In this document: positions 1-8,204 of the stretch, in pieces
Position numbering within the stretch: the first letter of the stretch is position 1
How the letters are laid out: every line of letters starts with the position of its first letter
Assembly (NCBI GenBank): GCA_041613315.1
Contig: JBFJHJ010000006.1
Span: 1 to 64,000, forward strand
From: Gemmatimonadales bacterium
GTDB taxonomy: Bacteria > Gemmatimonadota > Gemmatimonadetes > Gemmatimonadales > GWC2-71-9
Reading direction: 5' to 3'
Length of the DNA stretch: 64,000 nt
Notes under the pieces: model-generated
The model's database searches: none
Told to the model about the DNA's origin: nothing
The model's input: the letters and a program-made list of their open reading frames with translations, nothing else
Program-made: the position numbers and the translations under genes

Positions 1-86
1 CGCGCCGCGCGATGGCCGAGCTGGCGGTACGCAACGTGCGCGCGGTGCTGGCGGGTGCGCCCCCGCTGACGCCGGTGTCGCGTTGA
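1..86 (+). CDS. 3' end of probable D-2-hydroxyacid dehydrogenase (glyoxylate reductase/D-glycerate dehydrogenase type), partial
   Basis: Frame 3 reads RRAMAELAVRNVRAVLAGAPPLTPVSR*, typical of the C-terminal helix of this family; stop TGA 84-86. Confidence 0.6.
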   Translation, partial: RRAMAELAVRNVRAVLAGAPPLTPVSR

Positions 87-111
87 CGCGCCCTCGGGGC
101 CCGTCTAACTT
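83..111 (+). promoter_or_regulatory. sigma70-type promoter for pyrRBC
   Basis: TTGACG(83-88)-17 nt-TAACTT(106-111), 11 nt before the ATG. Confidence 0.65.
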
Positions 112-122
112 CCCCCGCGACG

Positions 123-671
123 ATGACCCCGGCCGTCCGGCACGCTCTCCTTGACGCCCGCGCTGTCCAGCGGGCGCTCGACCGTCAGTCCCACGCTATC
201 GTTGAGTTCGCCGGAGGCACCGAGCACTTGGTGCTGGTGGGCATCCGGCGCCGCGGCGTCGAGCTCGCCGAGCGGCTGGCGCGCCGCATTGCCGAACGCG
301 AGGGACGCGAGATTCCGCGCGGGGCGCTCGACATCACCCTGTATCGGGACGACCTCCAGACGATCGGCCCGCGGCCGGTCGTCGGCGAGACGCAGCTGCC
401 GTTGGATCTGAACGGGCGGTGTGTCGTCATCGTGGACGACGTGCTGTACACCGGCCGCACGGTACGGGCCGCCCTCGATCTCCTGGCGGACTTCGGGCGC
501 CCGTCGCGCATCGGCCTCTGCGTGCTGGTCGATCGCGGTGGCCGCGAGCTGCCGATTCAGGCGGACATCGTGGGGGAGGTGGTGGACGCTGCTCATGGCG
601 ATCGCGTGGACGTGCAGCTCACCGAGATCGACGGGCGGGACGCGGTCGAGCTGGTGCGGGACGCGACATGA
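123..671 (+). CDS. pyrR: bifunctional pyr regulator/uracil phosphoribosyltransferase
   Basis: [20 protein letters not shown] (PRPP-binding), [14 protein letters not shown]. Confidence 0.95.
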   Translation: MTPAVRHALLDARAVQRALDRQSHAIVEFAGGTEHLVLVGIRRRGVELAERLARRIAEREGREIPRGALDITLYRDDLQTIGPRPVVGETQLPLDLNGRCVVIVDDVLYTGRTVRAALDLLADFGRPSRIGLCVLVDRGGRELPIQADIVGEVVDAAHGDRVDVQLTEIDGRDAVELVRDAT

Positions 672-1639
672 GCACGCTGACCCTGGGCAAGGACCTGCTC
701 GGGCTCGAGCGGCTGACCGCCGCGCAGCTTCGCCTGATCCTGGACACGGCGGAACCGTTCAAGGAGGTCAGCGAGCGCGCCATCAAGAAGGTACCCGCGC
801 TCCGCGGCAAGACGATCGTCAATCTCTTCTTCGAGGCCTCGACCCGCACGCGCATCTCGTTCGAGTTCGCGGAGAAGCGACTCTCGGCCGATACGGTGAA
901 CGTGGCCGCCCAGGGCTCCGCGGTGCAAAAAGGGGAAAACCTCGTAGACACGGCGCGGAACCTCGAGGCGATGCGCATCGACATGGTGGTCATGCGGCAC
1001 CCCTCGTCGGGCGCCGCGCAGTTCCTGGCGGAGCGGATTCCGTCGAACGTGATCAATGCCGGTGACGGGAAGCACGAGCATCCGACGCAGGGGCTACTCG
1101 ACCTGCTGACGATCCGCGACCGGCTCGGCCGGATCGACGGCGTGAAGGTGTGCATCGTGGGCGACATTCTCCACAGTCGGGTGGCACGAAGCAACATCTG
1201 GGGGCTGCTCAAGTTGGGGGCCCGCGTGGCCGTGTGCGGGCCGGCGACCTTGATGCCTCGGGGCATCGCTACGCTCGGTGTACAGGTCTTCCGTCGGGTG
1301 GAAGAGGCGATCGAGTGGGCGGACGTGTTGAACGTGCTGCGCCTCCAGCTCGAGCGGATGCAGGCTGGCTATCTTCCCTCGCAGCGCGAGTACTACCGGG
1401 TGTTCGGCGTGACGCACGAGCGGCTCGACCGGGCGCCCCGAGAACTCGTGATCCTCCATCCGGGGCCGATGAACCGCGGTGTCGAGATCGACTCCCGCGT
1501 GGCCGACGGGCCGCACAGCGTGATTCTGCAGCAGGTGACCAACGGGGTCGCGGTCCGGATGGCGGTGCTCTATCTGCTGGCGGGGGGCCGGCCGGAGCTG
1601 GCCGAGGCGGCGAAGGGAACGTCGGAGCGCGCCCCGTGA
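668..1639 (+). CDS. pyrB: aspartate carbamoyltransferase catalytic subunit
   Basis: [39 protein letters not shown] overlap with pyrR. Confidence 0.97.
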   Translation: MSTLTLGKDLLGLERLTAAQLRLILDTAEPFKEVSERAIKKVPALRGKTIVNLFFEASTRTRISFEFAEKRLSADTVNVAAQGSAVQKGENLVDTARNLEAMRIDMVVMRHPSSGAAQFLAERIPSNVINAGDGKHEHPTQGLLDLLTIRDRLGRIDGVKVCIVGDILHSRVARSNIWGLLKLGARVAVCGPATLMPRGIATLGVQVFRRVEEAIEWADVLNVLRLQLERMQAGYLPSQREYYRVFGVTHERLDRAPRELVILHPGPMNRGVEIDSRVADGPHSVILQQVTNGVAVRMAVLYLLAGGRPELAEAAKGTSERAP

Positions 1640-2940
1640 GGCCGATCCTGCTCGCCGGCGGCCGGGTGATCGACCCGTCGCAGACGCTGGACGCGGTGGC
1701 TGACGTGCTGCTCGTGGACGGCCGGGTCGAGGCCGTGGAGAGCGGGCTCGCGGCGCCGGACGGCGCGGTGGTGCTGGATGTGGCGGGCCGGGTCGTCGCG
1801 CCGGGGCTCGTGGATCTCCACGTGCATCTCCGCGAGCCCGGGCGAGAGGAGGCCGAGACGGTGGCGACGGGCGCGCGCGCGGCGGCGGCGGGCGGCTTCA
1901 CGGCGATCTGTGCGATGCCCAACACCGATCCGGTGACCGACAACCAGGCCGCCGTGGGGTTCCTCGTGAAGCAGGGGGCCGCCGCCCGGTCGGCCCGCGT
2001 CCATCCGATTGGCGCCGTGTCCTTGGGGCTGCGTGGCGAGCAGCTCGCCGAGTTCGGCGAGCTCGTCGCCGCCGGCGCGGTCGCCGTCAGCGACGACGGG
2101 CGACCGGTCGAGACGAGCCACCTCATGCGCACGGCGCTCGAGTACGCCCGCACGTTCGAGATCCCCGTCGCGGACCACTGTGAAGACTTGATGCTCGCCG
2201 CCGGCGGCGTCATGCACGAGGGCGTGGTCTCGACGCGGCTTGGCCTGAAGGGCATCCCGGCCGCCGCCGAGGAGATCATGGTGGCGCGCGACGTGCTCCT
2301 CGCCGAGTTGACCGGCGGGCACGTGCACCTGTGCCACATCTCCACCCGGGGATCCGTGGACCTGATCCGCCGCGGTAAAGCGAGCGGCGTGCGCGTCACG
2401 GCGGAGGCGACCCCTCACCACTTCACGCTCACCGACGAGGCGTGCGAGACGTACGACACGAACGCCAAGATGAACCCCCCGCTCCGGGAGGCGGCCGACA
2501 TCGAGGCGATCCGGGAGGCGCTGGCCGACGGTACGATTGACGCCATCGCCACGGACCACGCGCCGCACCACTACGAAGCGAAGGAGCGCGAGTTTGACGA
2601 TGCGCCGTTCGGGGTCGTAGGCCTGGAGACGGCGCTGAGTCTGGGCCTCACGGAGCTGGTACGGCCTGGGCACCTGACGCTCCCGACGCTCATCGCCCGT
2701 CTGAGCTCCGATCCCGCCCGCGTCTTCCGCCTGTCGGGCGGTACGCTGCGCCGCGGTGCCCCCGCGGACGTCGTGGTGTTCGACGCTGAGGCCAATTGGG
2801 TCGTCACCCCCGAACGGTTCCTGTCCAAGAGCCGCAACACGCCGTTCGCTGGGCGTACGCTTACCGGGAAAGTGGAACGCACGATCGTTGGTGGCGTTAC
2901 CGTGTTCCAGGCCCCGGTGTCCGCAGGGGCGGGGGTTTGA
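1636..2940 (+). CDS. pyrC: dihydroorotase (class I)
   Basis: [32 protein letters not shown] overlap with pyrB. Confidence 0.95.
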   Translation: MRPILLAGGRVIDPSQTLDAVADVLLVDGRVEAVESGLAAPDGAVVLDVAGRVVAPGLVDLHVHLREPGREEAETVATGARAAAAGGFTAICAMPNTDPVTDNQAAVGFLVKQGAAARSARVHPIGAVSLGLRGEQLAEFGELVAAGAVAVSDDGRPVETSHLMRTALEYARTFEIPVADHCEDLMLAAGGVMHEGVVSTRLGLKGIPAAAEEIMVARDVLLAELTGGHVHLCHISTRGSVDLIRRGKASGVRVTAEATPHHFTLTDEACETYDTNAKMNPPLREAADIEAIREALADGTIDAIATDHAPHHYEAKEREFDDAPFGVVGLETALSLGLTELVRPGHLTLPTLIARLSSDPARVFRLSGGTLRRGAPADVVVFDAEANWVVTPERFLSKSRNTPFAGRTLTGKVERTIVGGVTVFQAPVSAGAGV

Positions 2941-3043
2941 CGGAAACCCCGCGCCCTGCAGTATCTTGCAGGGTAGTGCGTTCGGCTGTCGGTGGTCCGT
3001 GTCCGGACGGCCGAGCGCCTGCAGCCTCCGGTGCGGAGATGTG

Positions 3044-3949
3044 ATGGCGAAGAAGGGACCGTCCAAGCCGACCGACGCGGTTCAGCGATTGCTCGCCGAG
3101 AAGCACCAGATCGAGCAATGGCTGGAGCGGCTGAACAGTGCGGGCGACACGACGCCTGGGCACGTACGGGAAAAGGTGCAATCGGACTACCGCAAGCGCC
3201 TCGTCGAGATCGTGGGCGAGCTCCAGGAGCACCGGGACAATCTCTCCGCGACGCTCGACGAAGCACGCCGGCGCCAGGACGATCTCGCCCGCAAGGAGGA
3301 GGCGGCCTCGGAGCGGTTGTCCGAGGCGGAATTGCGCCACACCGTGGGCGAGTACGATGAGAAGAAGTGGGCGGCACTCAAAGCAGACATCCTGGAGTCG
3401 CTGGTGAAGGTGCGGGAAGGGTTGAAAGAGGCCAATGCGCAGATCGCCGCGCTCGAGGAGATCGCGGCCGTCGTGGATGATCAGCCGGCGGGGCTGACGC
3501 CGACGGGCGAGCCCGACGAGGAGGTCAATCTGGGCGGGATGCAGGTCTCCCTGGACGACGTCGACGCGGGGACGGCGGCCGCGAAGGCCGCGCGGGAGGC
3601 GACGCCGGAGCGCCCGCGCCCCAAGCCGAAGCAGACGGACGCCTTCGACGAGCTGGCCTTTCTCAAGTCGGTCACCGCAGGCGACGCCACTGTTCGGCCT
3701 CGGCCCAGCGGCGGGGTGGCGCGGCCGCGCCAGGACACCAAGCCCCCCGTCAAGGAGCCGCCCCGGCCGCCCCGGCGAAGCGGGGCGTCAGAAATCGGAG
3801 CGGAAGGGGTGGAGGCGTTGCTGCAAGAGCCGACGCAGCCCTCGAAGGGGACGGCGGGCAAGACCCTCAAGTGCGCCGAGTGCGGCGCCAACAATCTCCC
3901 TACGGAATGGTACTGCGAGCGCTGTGGTGCTGAGCTCGCGGCACTCTAG
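3044..3949 (+). CDS. hypothetical protein: N-terminal coiled coil, Pro-rich linker, C-terminal zinc ribbon
   Basis: Heptad-rich N half; terminal CAECGANNLPTEWYCERCG (CxxC-x10-CxxC); GGAG upstream of ATG 3044. Confidence 0.8.
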   Translation: MAKKGPSKPTDAVQRLLAEKHQIEQWLERLNSAGDTTPGHVREKVQSDYRKRLVEIVGELQEHRDNLSATLDEARRRQDDLARKEEAASERLSEAELRHTVGEYDEKKWAALKADILESLVKVREGLKEANAQIAALEEIAAVVDDQPAGLTPTGEPDEEVNLGGMQVSLDDVDAGTAAAKAAREATPERPRPKPKQTDAFDELAFLKSVTAGDATVRPRPSGGVARPRQDTKPPVKEPPRPPRRSGASEIGAEGVEALLQEPTQPSKGTAGKTLKCAECGANNLPTEWYCERCGAELAAL

Positions 3950-3958
3950 CGTCCCGAC

Positions 3959-4213
3959 TCAGGCCATCGAGGCGACGACCTTCGCGAGGCGCTGCTTGTG
4001 GCGGGCAACGGTGTTGCGCGCGATCAGGCCCTTGCGCGCGCCGCGGTCGAGCAACCGCTCGGCCACGCGGAAGGCATTCGCGGCCTCGTCGTGGCTGGTG
4101 GCGGTGCGCACCTGCTTGATCGCGGTGCGCATCGCTGAGCGCGCCGTGCGATTCTGGATGCGCTGCCGCTGGGACTGCCGCATCCGTTTCTTGGCCGATC
4201 GAATGTTGGGCAC
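3959..4213 (-). CDS. rpsT: 30S ribosomal protein S20
   Basis: MPNIRSAKKRMRQS...RN...SAMRTAIK...RNTVARHKQRL; GTG start with GGAGGAG SD. Confidence 0.97.
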   Translation of the reverse strand: MPNIRSAKKRMRQSQRQRIQNRTARSAMRTAIKQVRTATSHDEAANAFRVAERLLDRGARKGLIARNTVARHKQRLAKVVASMA

Positions 4214-4269
4214 GGTCTCTCCTCCACGTGGGGCCCGCGGGCCCCGAACCCCGGCAACAATCGGCGGGA

Positions 4270-4298
4270 AGTTTATCGCGCAAGTGTCGGTGAGTCAA
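4270..4298 (-). promoter_or_regulatory. sigma70-type promoter for rpsT
   Basis: Minus strand TTGACT(4298-4293)-17 nt-TAAACT(4275-4270). Confidence 0.7.
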
Positions 4299-4311
4299 GG
4301 CGCTACAGCTT

Positions 4312-4340
4312 TTGACACCGCGTAAGGTCACCGTTACCTT
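4312..4340 (+). promoter_or_regulatory. sigma70-type promoter for the scpA super-operon, back-to-back with the rpsT promoter
   Basis: TTGACA(4312-4317)-17 nt-TACCTT(4335-4340). Confidence 0.7.
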
Positions 4341-4374
4341 TCTGCCGCACCTGACCTGGCGATCGCCACGCGAC

Positions 4375-4559
4375 GTGCTCGACTTCCCGCTCGCCCCCCC
4401 TGCGCCCGGCGGTCCGACGGCGGCGCACGACGACGCGCTTCGTCACGGCGCCCGCCGCGGGGCGACCTCACCGCCCAGCAGCCGGTGCGGCGCGTGCTGA
4501 GCCTGCCCGAGCCGATCGCGGCGCGGCGGGGCCGACGGCTGCCGCGATCCCGCGGATGA
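4375..4559 (+). pseudogene. decayed 5' fragment of a site-2 protease (M50 family) gene
   Basis: GTG 4375 frame reads VLDFPLAPPAPGGPTAAHDDALRHGARR; after a 1-nt shift near 4460 it reads GDLTAQQPVRRVLSLPEPI, collinear with the S2P pattern AHExAHGxxAxxxGDxTAxxxGRLTLNPxxHI. Confidence 0.55.
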
Positions 4560-5290
4560 CGGCGCCCGCCCTCACCGCTTCGGACCAGCCCTTCATCGTG
4601 CGGCTGGACGCGTTCTCCGGACCCCTCGATCTCCTGTTGCATCTGATCCGAGAGCAGGAGATCGACATCGCGGACATCCCGATCGCCCGCATTGCGGACC
4701 AGTTCCTGGCGAGTATTCACGACTTGGGGCTGAACGAGGCAGCTGACTACCTCGACATGGCTGCCTATCTCCTGCGGATCAAGATCCAAATGTTGCTGCC
4801 GCGGCCGTTCGACGACGAGGAGTGGGAGGATCCCCGCGCCGAGCTGGTGCGCCGGCTCCTGGAATACCAGCAGGTTCTTGAGGTTGCCGACTGGATCGGG
4901 GACCAGGTGGGCCAGCGGTCGGATCGGTTTCCGCGCGGCTGGGTGCCCGCGCCGGCGCCCGCCCCGCCCGCGCCCGTTACGGTCGAGCTGGACGATCTGC
5001 TCACCGCCGTGGAACGCGTGCGCGAGGCGATGCCGCAACCCGTGCTGCATCGGGTCGTGGCTCGGCCCCTCGACGTCGAGGGCGCGACGCGCCGCATCGT
5101 GGCGATGCTGGCGTCACGCGAGCACCTCGACTTCGGGGAGTTGCTCGGCGCGGCGCCGACCGTGGCAGACATTCTGTCGGTGCTGCTCGCGTTGCTGGAA
5201 TTGGCCCGGATGGGCCGGCTGCGGCTCGTGCAGCGGAACGCCTTCGGCTCGGTTGCCGTTCGCCGTGAATCGACTGACGCCGCTGCTTGA
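4556..5290 (+). CDS. scpA: segregation and condensation protein A (kleisin)
   Basis: FSGPLDLLLHLI...DIPIARIADQF...MAAYLLRIK...DPRAELVRRLLEY; LALLELAR. Confidence 0.95.
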   Translation: MTAPALTASDQPFIVRLDAFSGPLDLLLHLIREQEIDIADIPIARIADQFLASIHDLGLNEAADYLDMAAYLLRIKIQMLLPRPFDDEEWEDPRAELVRRLLEYQQVLEVADWIGDQVGQRSDRFPRGWVPAPAPAPPAPVTVELDDLLTAVERVREAMPQPVLHRVVARPLDVEGATRRIVAMLASREHLDFGELLGAAPTVADILSVLLALLELARMGRLRLVQRNAFGSVAVRRESTDAAA

Positions 5291-5813
5291 GGCAGCCCTG
5301 TTCGCCGCGGCGCGACCGCTCAGCTTCGACGAGCTCGCGCGGCTGGACCCCGACGCGTCGCGCGAGGACGTACGGGAGGCGGTGGAGGACTTGCGACGTC
5401 GGTACGACGAGCCCGGCCACGGCATCGCGCTGGTGGAGCTGGCGGACGGGATGCAGATCCTCACGCGCCAGGAGTACGCCGACCAGGTCGCGGAGGCCCA
5501 GATCGTCCAACGTCCGCGCAAGCTGTCGCCGGCAGCCCTGGAGACGCTGGCCGTGATCGCGTATCGCCAACCGGTGAGCCGCTCCGAGATCGAAGAGATT
5601 CGGGGCGTGTCGGTCGAGGGGGTGCTCCGGTCACTCCACGAGCGCGAGTTGATCGAGCCGGTGAGTCGCGCGGAGGGTCTCGGCCGGCCCATCCTCTACG
5701 GCACCACATCGCGGTTCCTCGAACGCCTCGGCCTCCGCGCGCTCGACGAGCTGCCCCGCTTGGAGGAGCTATCGGTGGCGCTGCGGCCGCCGGCCGAGGT
5801 CGGCGAGCCGTGA
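5265..5813 (+). CDS. scpB: segregation and condensation protein B
   Basis: LEAALFAA, LSPAALETLAVIAYRQPVSRSEIEEIRGV, GRPILYGTT; GTG start inferred. Confidence 0.95.
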   Translation: MNRLTPLLEAALFAAARPLSFDELARLDPDASREDVREAVEDLRRRYDEPGHGIALVELADGMQILTRQEYADQVAEAQIVQRPRKLSPAALETLAVIAYRQPVSRSEIEEIRGVSVEGVLRSLHERELIEPVSRAEGLGRPILYGTTSRFLERLGLRALDELPRLEELSVALRPPAEVGEP

Positions 5814-6532
5814 CCGAAATGCGGCTCCAGCGCGCGCTGGCGCGCGCCGGGGTCGCGTCGCGTCGCCACGCCGAAGGGCTGATCCGTGAAGGGCGCGTGC
5901 GCGTGAACGGCCGCCTGGCCGAGCTGGGGATGCGGGTGGATCCCGCCACGGATGTGATCACGATCGGGGGTCGGCGCGTCCGGCCCGCCCCCCCAGTCTG
6001 GCTCGCGTTGCACAAGCCCGTGGGCTACGTCGTCACGCGGCGCGACCCGGAAGGACGCCGCACCGTGTTCACGCTCGTCCCCACGATCCCCGGCCTCACG
6101 CATGTGGGCCGGCTGGATGTCATGACCTCGGGTCTACTCCTGCTCACCAGCGACGGCGAGGGGGCCAATCGGCTGATGCACCCGCGGTACGCAGTGCCCC
6201 GTACCTACCGCGCCATCGTGCACGGCCGGTCGGCCAGCGAGATCAGGCATGCCCTGTCGCGACCGATCGTGATCGACGGCCGGCCGGTCAACCTCGTGGC
6301 GCATCGGATACGGCCAACCGCGGGAGCGTCACTGGGACTCACGCTGGAGCTGGCCGAAGGGCGCAACCGCATCGTCCGGCGGCTGTGCGAGCAGCTCGAG
6401 GTGAAAGTCGAGCGGCTGATGCGGCTGAGCTACGGGCCCGTGCGCCTGGGGCGCTTGGCGCCCGGCGCGTGGCGGCACCTGACCGTGCGGGAGACGCGCG
6501 CCATACACCTGCGTGGCGGCCGGGGTCGGTGA
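5810..6532 (+). CDS. rluB: rRNA pseudouridine synthase (RluB/RsuA family)
   Basis: S4 domain RLQRALARAGVASRR; HKPVGYV; catalytic GRLDVMTSGLLLLT; follows scpAB. Confidence 0.85.
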   Translation: MTEMRLQRALARAGVASRRHAEGLIREGRVRVNGRLAELGMRVDPATDVITIGGRRVRPAPPVWLALHKPVGYVVTRRDPEGRRTVFTLVPTIPGLTHVGRLDVMTSGLLLLTSDGEGANRLMHPRYAVPRTYRAIVHGRSASEIRHALSRPIVIDGRPVNLVAHRIRPTAGASLGLTLELAEGRNRIVRRLCEQLEVKVERLMRLSYGPVRLGRLAPGAWRHLTVRETRAIHLRGGRGR

Positions 6533-6535
6533 TTC

Positions 6536-8170
6536 ATGGACCTGACCGGCAAGACCATCCTCATTCTGGGCGGCAGCGGGCTCGTCGGACAGGCCGTGGC
6601 CCGCCGGCTGCTCGCGTTCCGCCCGGCGCGGATTGGTCTCGTCGCCCTCTACCAGGGGGAGCTCGAGCGTGCGCGGGACGCGCTGGCGTCCGACGCCGCC
6701 GGCATCCCGATCGAGATCGCCTGGGGGAACGTCTTCCTGCCGGAGGCAGCGGCGCAGCTCGACCGCAGCGCCATGCTCGCCGACGACCGGATGCGCGAAC
6801 TGGTGCTCCACGATCTCCTGGACGATCTCAACGACGAGATCCTCGAGCGGAGCTTTCTGGTGCGGCTCTTCCGCCGCTTCAAACCGCACGCCGTGGTGGA
6901 CTGCATCAATACCGCCACGGCGTTCGCGTATCAGGACGTGTTTCGCAGCGCACACGCGCTGGTCGCGACCGCCCGCCGCGGCCCGGTGTCGTTGAAGCAG
7001 GTCGAGGAGCACGTCCTGTCCATCCCCGTGCCGCAGCTGATCCGGCACATTCAGATCGTTGTCGAGGCGATGCGAGAGGTCGAGACGCAGGCGTACGTCA
7101 AGATCGGCACGAGCGGGACGGGCGGGATGGGTCTCAACGTGCCGTATACCCACTCCGAGGAGCGCCCTTCACGGACCTTACTCAGCAAATCGGCCGTCGC
7201 CGGGGCGCACACCATGATGCTCTTCCTCGTGGCCCGCACGCCGAACGCTCCCGCCACGGTGGAAATCAAGCCGACGGCGGCGATCGGCTGGCGCGAGCTG
7301 GGCTACGGTCCGATCCGCCGCCGCGGGGGGCCGATCCCCCGCGTCGATTGTCCCTCGCCGCTTCCGGTGGACCGCGCGTTCAGTCCCGGGGCGTCGGGCT
7401 GGCGGGACACCGGTGCCGTAATCGAGGGCGTGTTCGCGGATCTTGGGGAGAACGGGCTGTTTTCCCGCGACGAGTTCGAAACGGTCACCGCACTGGGGCA
7501 GATGGAGTTCATCACCCCCGAAGAGATCGCCGACTACGTCGTGCTGGAACTCCAGGGGCGCCCCACCGGGCGAGACGTCGTGGCAGCCTTGGACGCCGCG
7601 ACAGCGGGCCCGACGTATCGCGCGGGGATGCTCCGGGCCACGGCGATCGAGCGCCTCGTGGCGCTCGAGCGCGCCCATACCTCACGGGCGCCGGCGTTCG
7701 AGATGCTGGGGCCGCCGCGCCTCACCAAGCTCCTCTACGAGGCGTTCGTCTGGTCGCGGCAGCGCGCCTCGGTTGTGGCGCTGGCGGAGAGCGACCCCGT
7801 CGCGCTGACCGCGGAGGCCGCGCAGCTGATCGCGGAGGACGACGACCTGCGCACGCTGATCATCTCCGTAGGGCTTCCGATTCTCCTCGCTGGTGGAAAG
7901 GTTTATAGAGGTGACACGGTCATGGTGCCGCCGGCCGACGGCGACCTCGATCGGGCGGCGGTCCGGGGCTGGGTTGACCTGCGCCCCGACAATTGCGCCG
8001 TGTGGATCGAGCGGGCGCGCCGCGTGGTGTCGCAAGCGGCATCCCGGCGCGCGGGGACCTCGAGTGGCGAGGATTGGGGGGCGATGGACGCGCGCGAGGC
8101 AATCGTGCCGTCGCGCTTCGCGACATGGATTTTCCGTTACGAGGAGGGTGGCGAGCGCATCAAACGGTAG
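6536..8170 (+). CDS. atypical large NAD(P)-binding Rossmann-fold (SDR-like) protein, function unknown
   Basis: MDLTGKTILILGGSGLVGQAVAR glycine-rich motif; 544 aa; no YxxxK in the translation. Confidence 0.75.
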   Translation: MDLTGKTILILGGSGLVGQAVARRLLAFRPARIGLVALYQGELERARDALASDAAGIPIEIAWGNVFLPEAAAQLDRSAMLADDRMRELVLHDLLDDLNDEILERSFLVRLFRRFKPHAVVDCINTATAFAYQDVFRSAHALVATARRGPVSLKQVEEHVLSIPVPQLIRHIQIVVEAMREVETQAYVKIGTSGTGGMGLNVPYTHSEERPSRTLLSKSAVAGAHTMMLFLVARTPNAPATVEIKPTAAIGWRELGYGPIRRRGGPIPRVDCPSPLPVDRAFSPGASGWRDTGAVIEGVFADLGENGLFSRDEFETVTALGQMEFITPEEIADYVVLELQGRPTGRDVVAALDAATAGPTYRAGMLRATAIERLVALERAHTSRAPAFEMLGPPRLTKLLYEAFVWSRQRASVVALAESDPVALTAEAAQLIAEDDDLRTLIISVGLPILLAGGKVYRGDTVMVPPADGDLDRAAVRGWVDLRPDNCAVWIERARRVVSQAASRRAGTSSGEDWGAMDAREAIVPSRFATWIFRYEEGGERIKR

Positions 8171-8204
8171 GAGCCGAGCCACGCGCCCCCGGCGGTGAGG
8201 AGCG

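Noticed and set aside
419..667. Long N-terminal extensions in the ORF track (pyrB, pyrC, scpB, moxR, miaA, nuoD, nuoG, fabD and others)
   Set aside because: They overlap the upstream gene; homology-like sequence begins at the downstream starts used here.
4341..4555. Possible riboswitch or T-box in the 210-nt scpA leader
   Set aside because: No recognisable riboswitch or T-box consensus and no U-tailed terminator; better explained as a pseudogene remnant.
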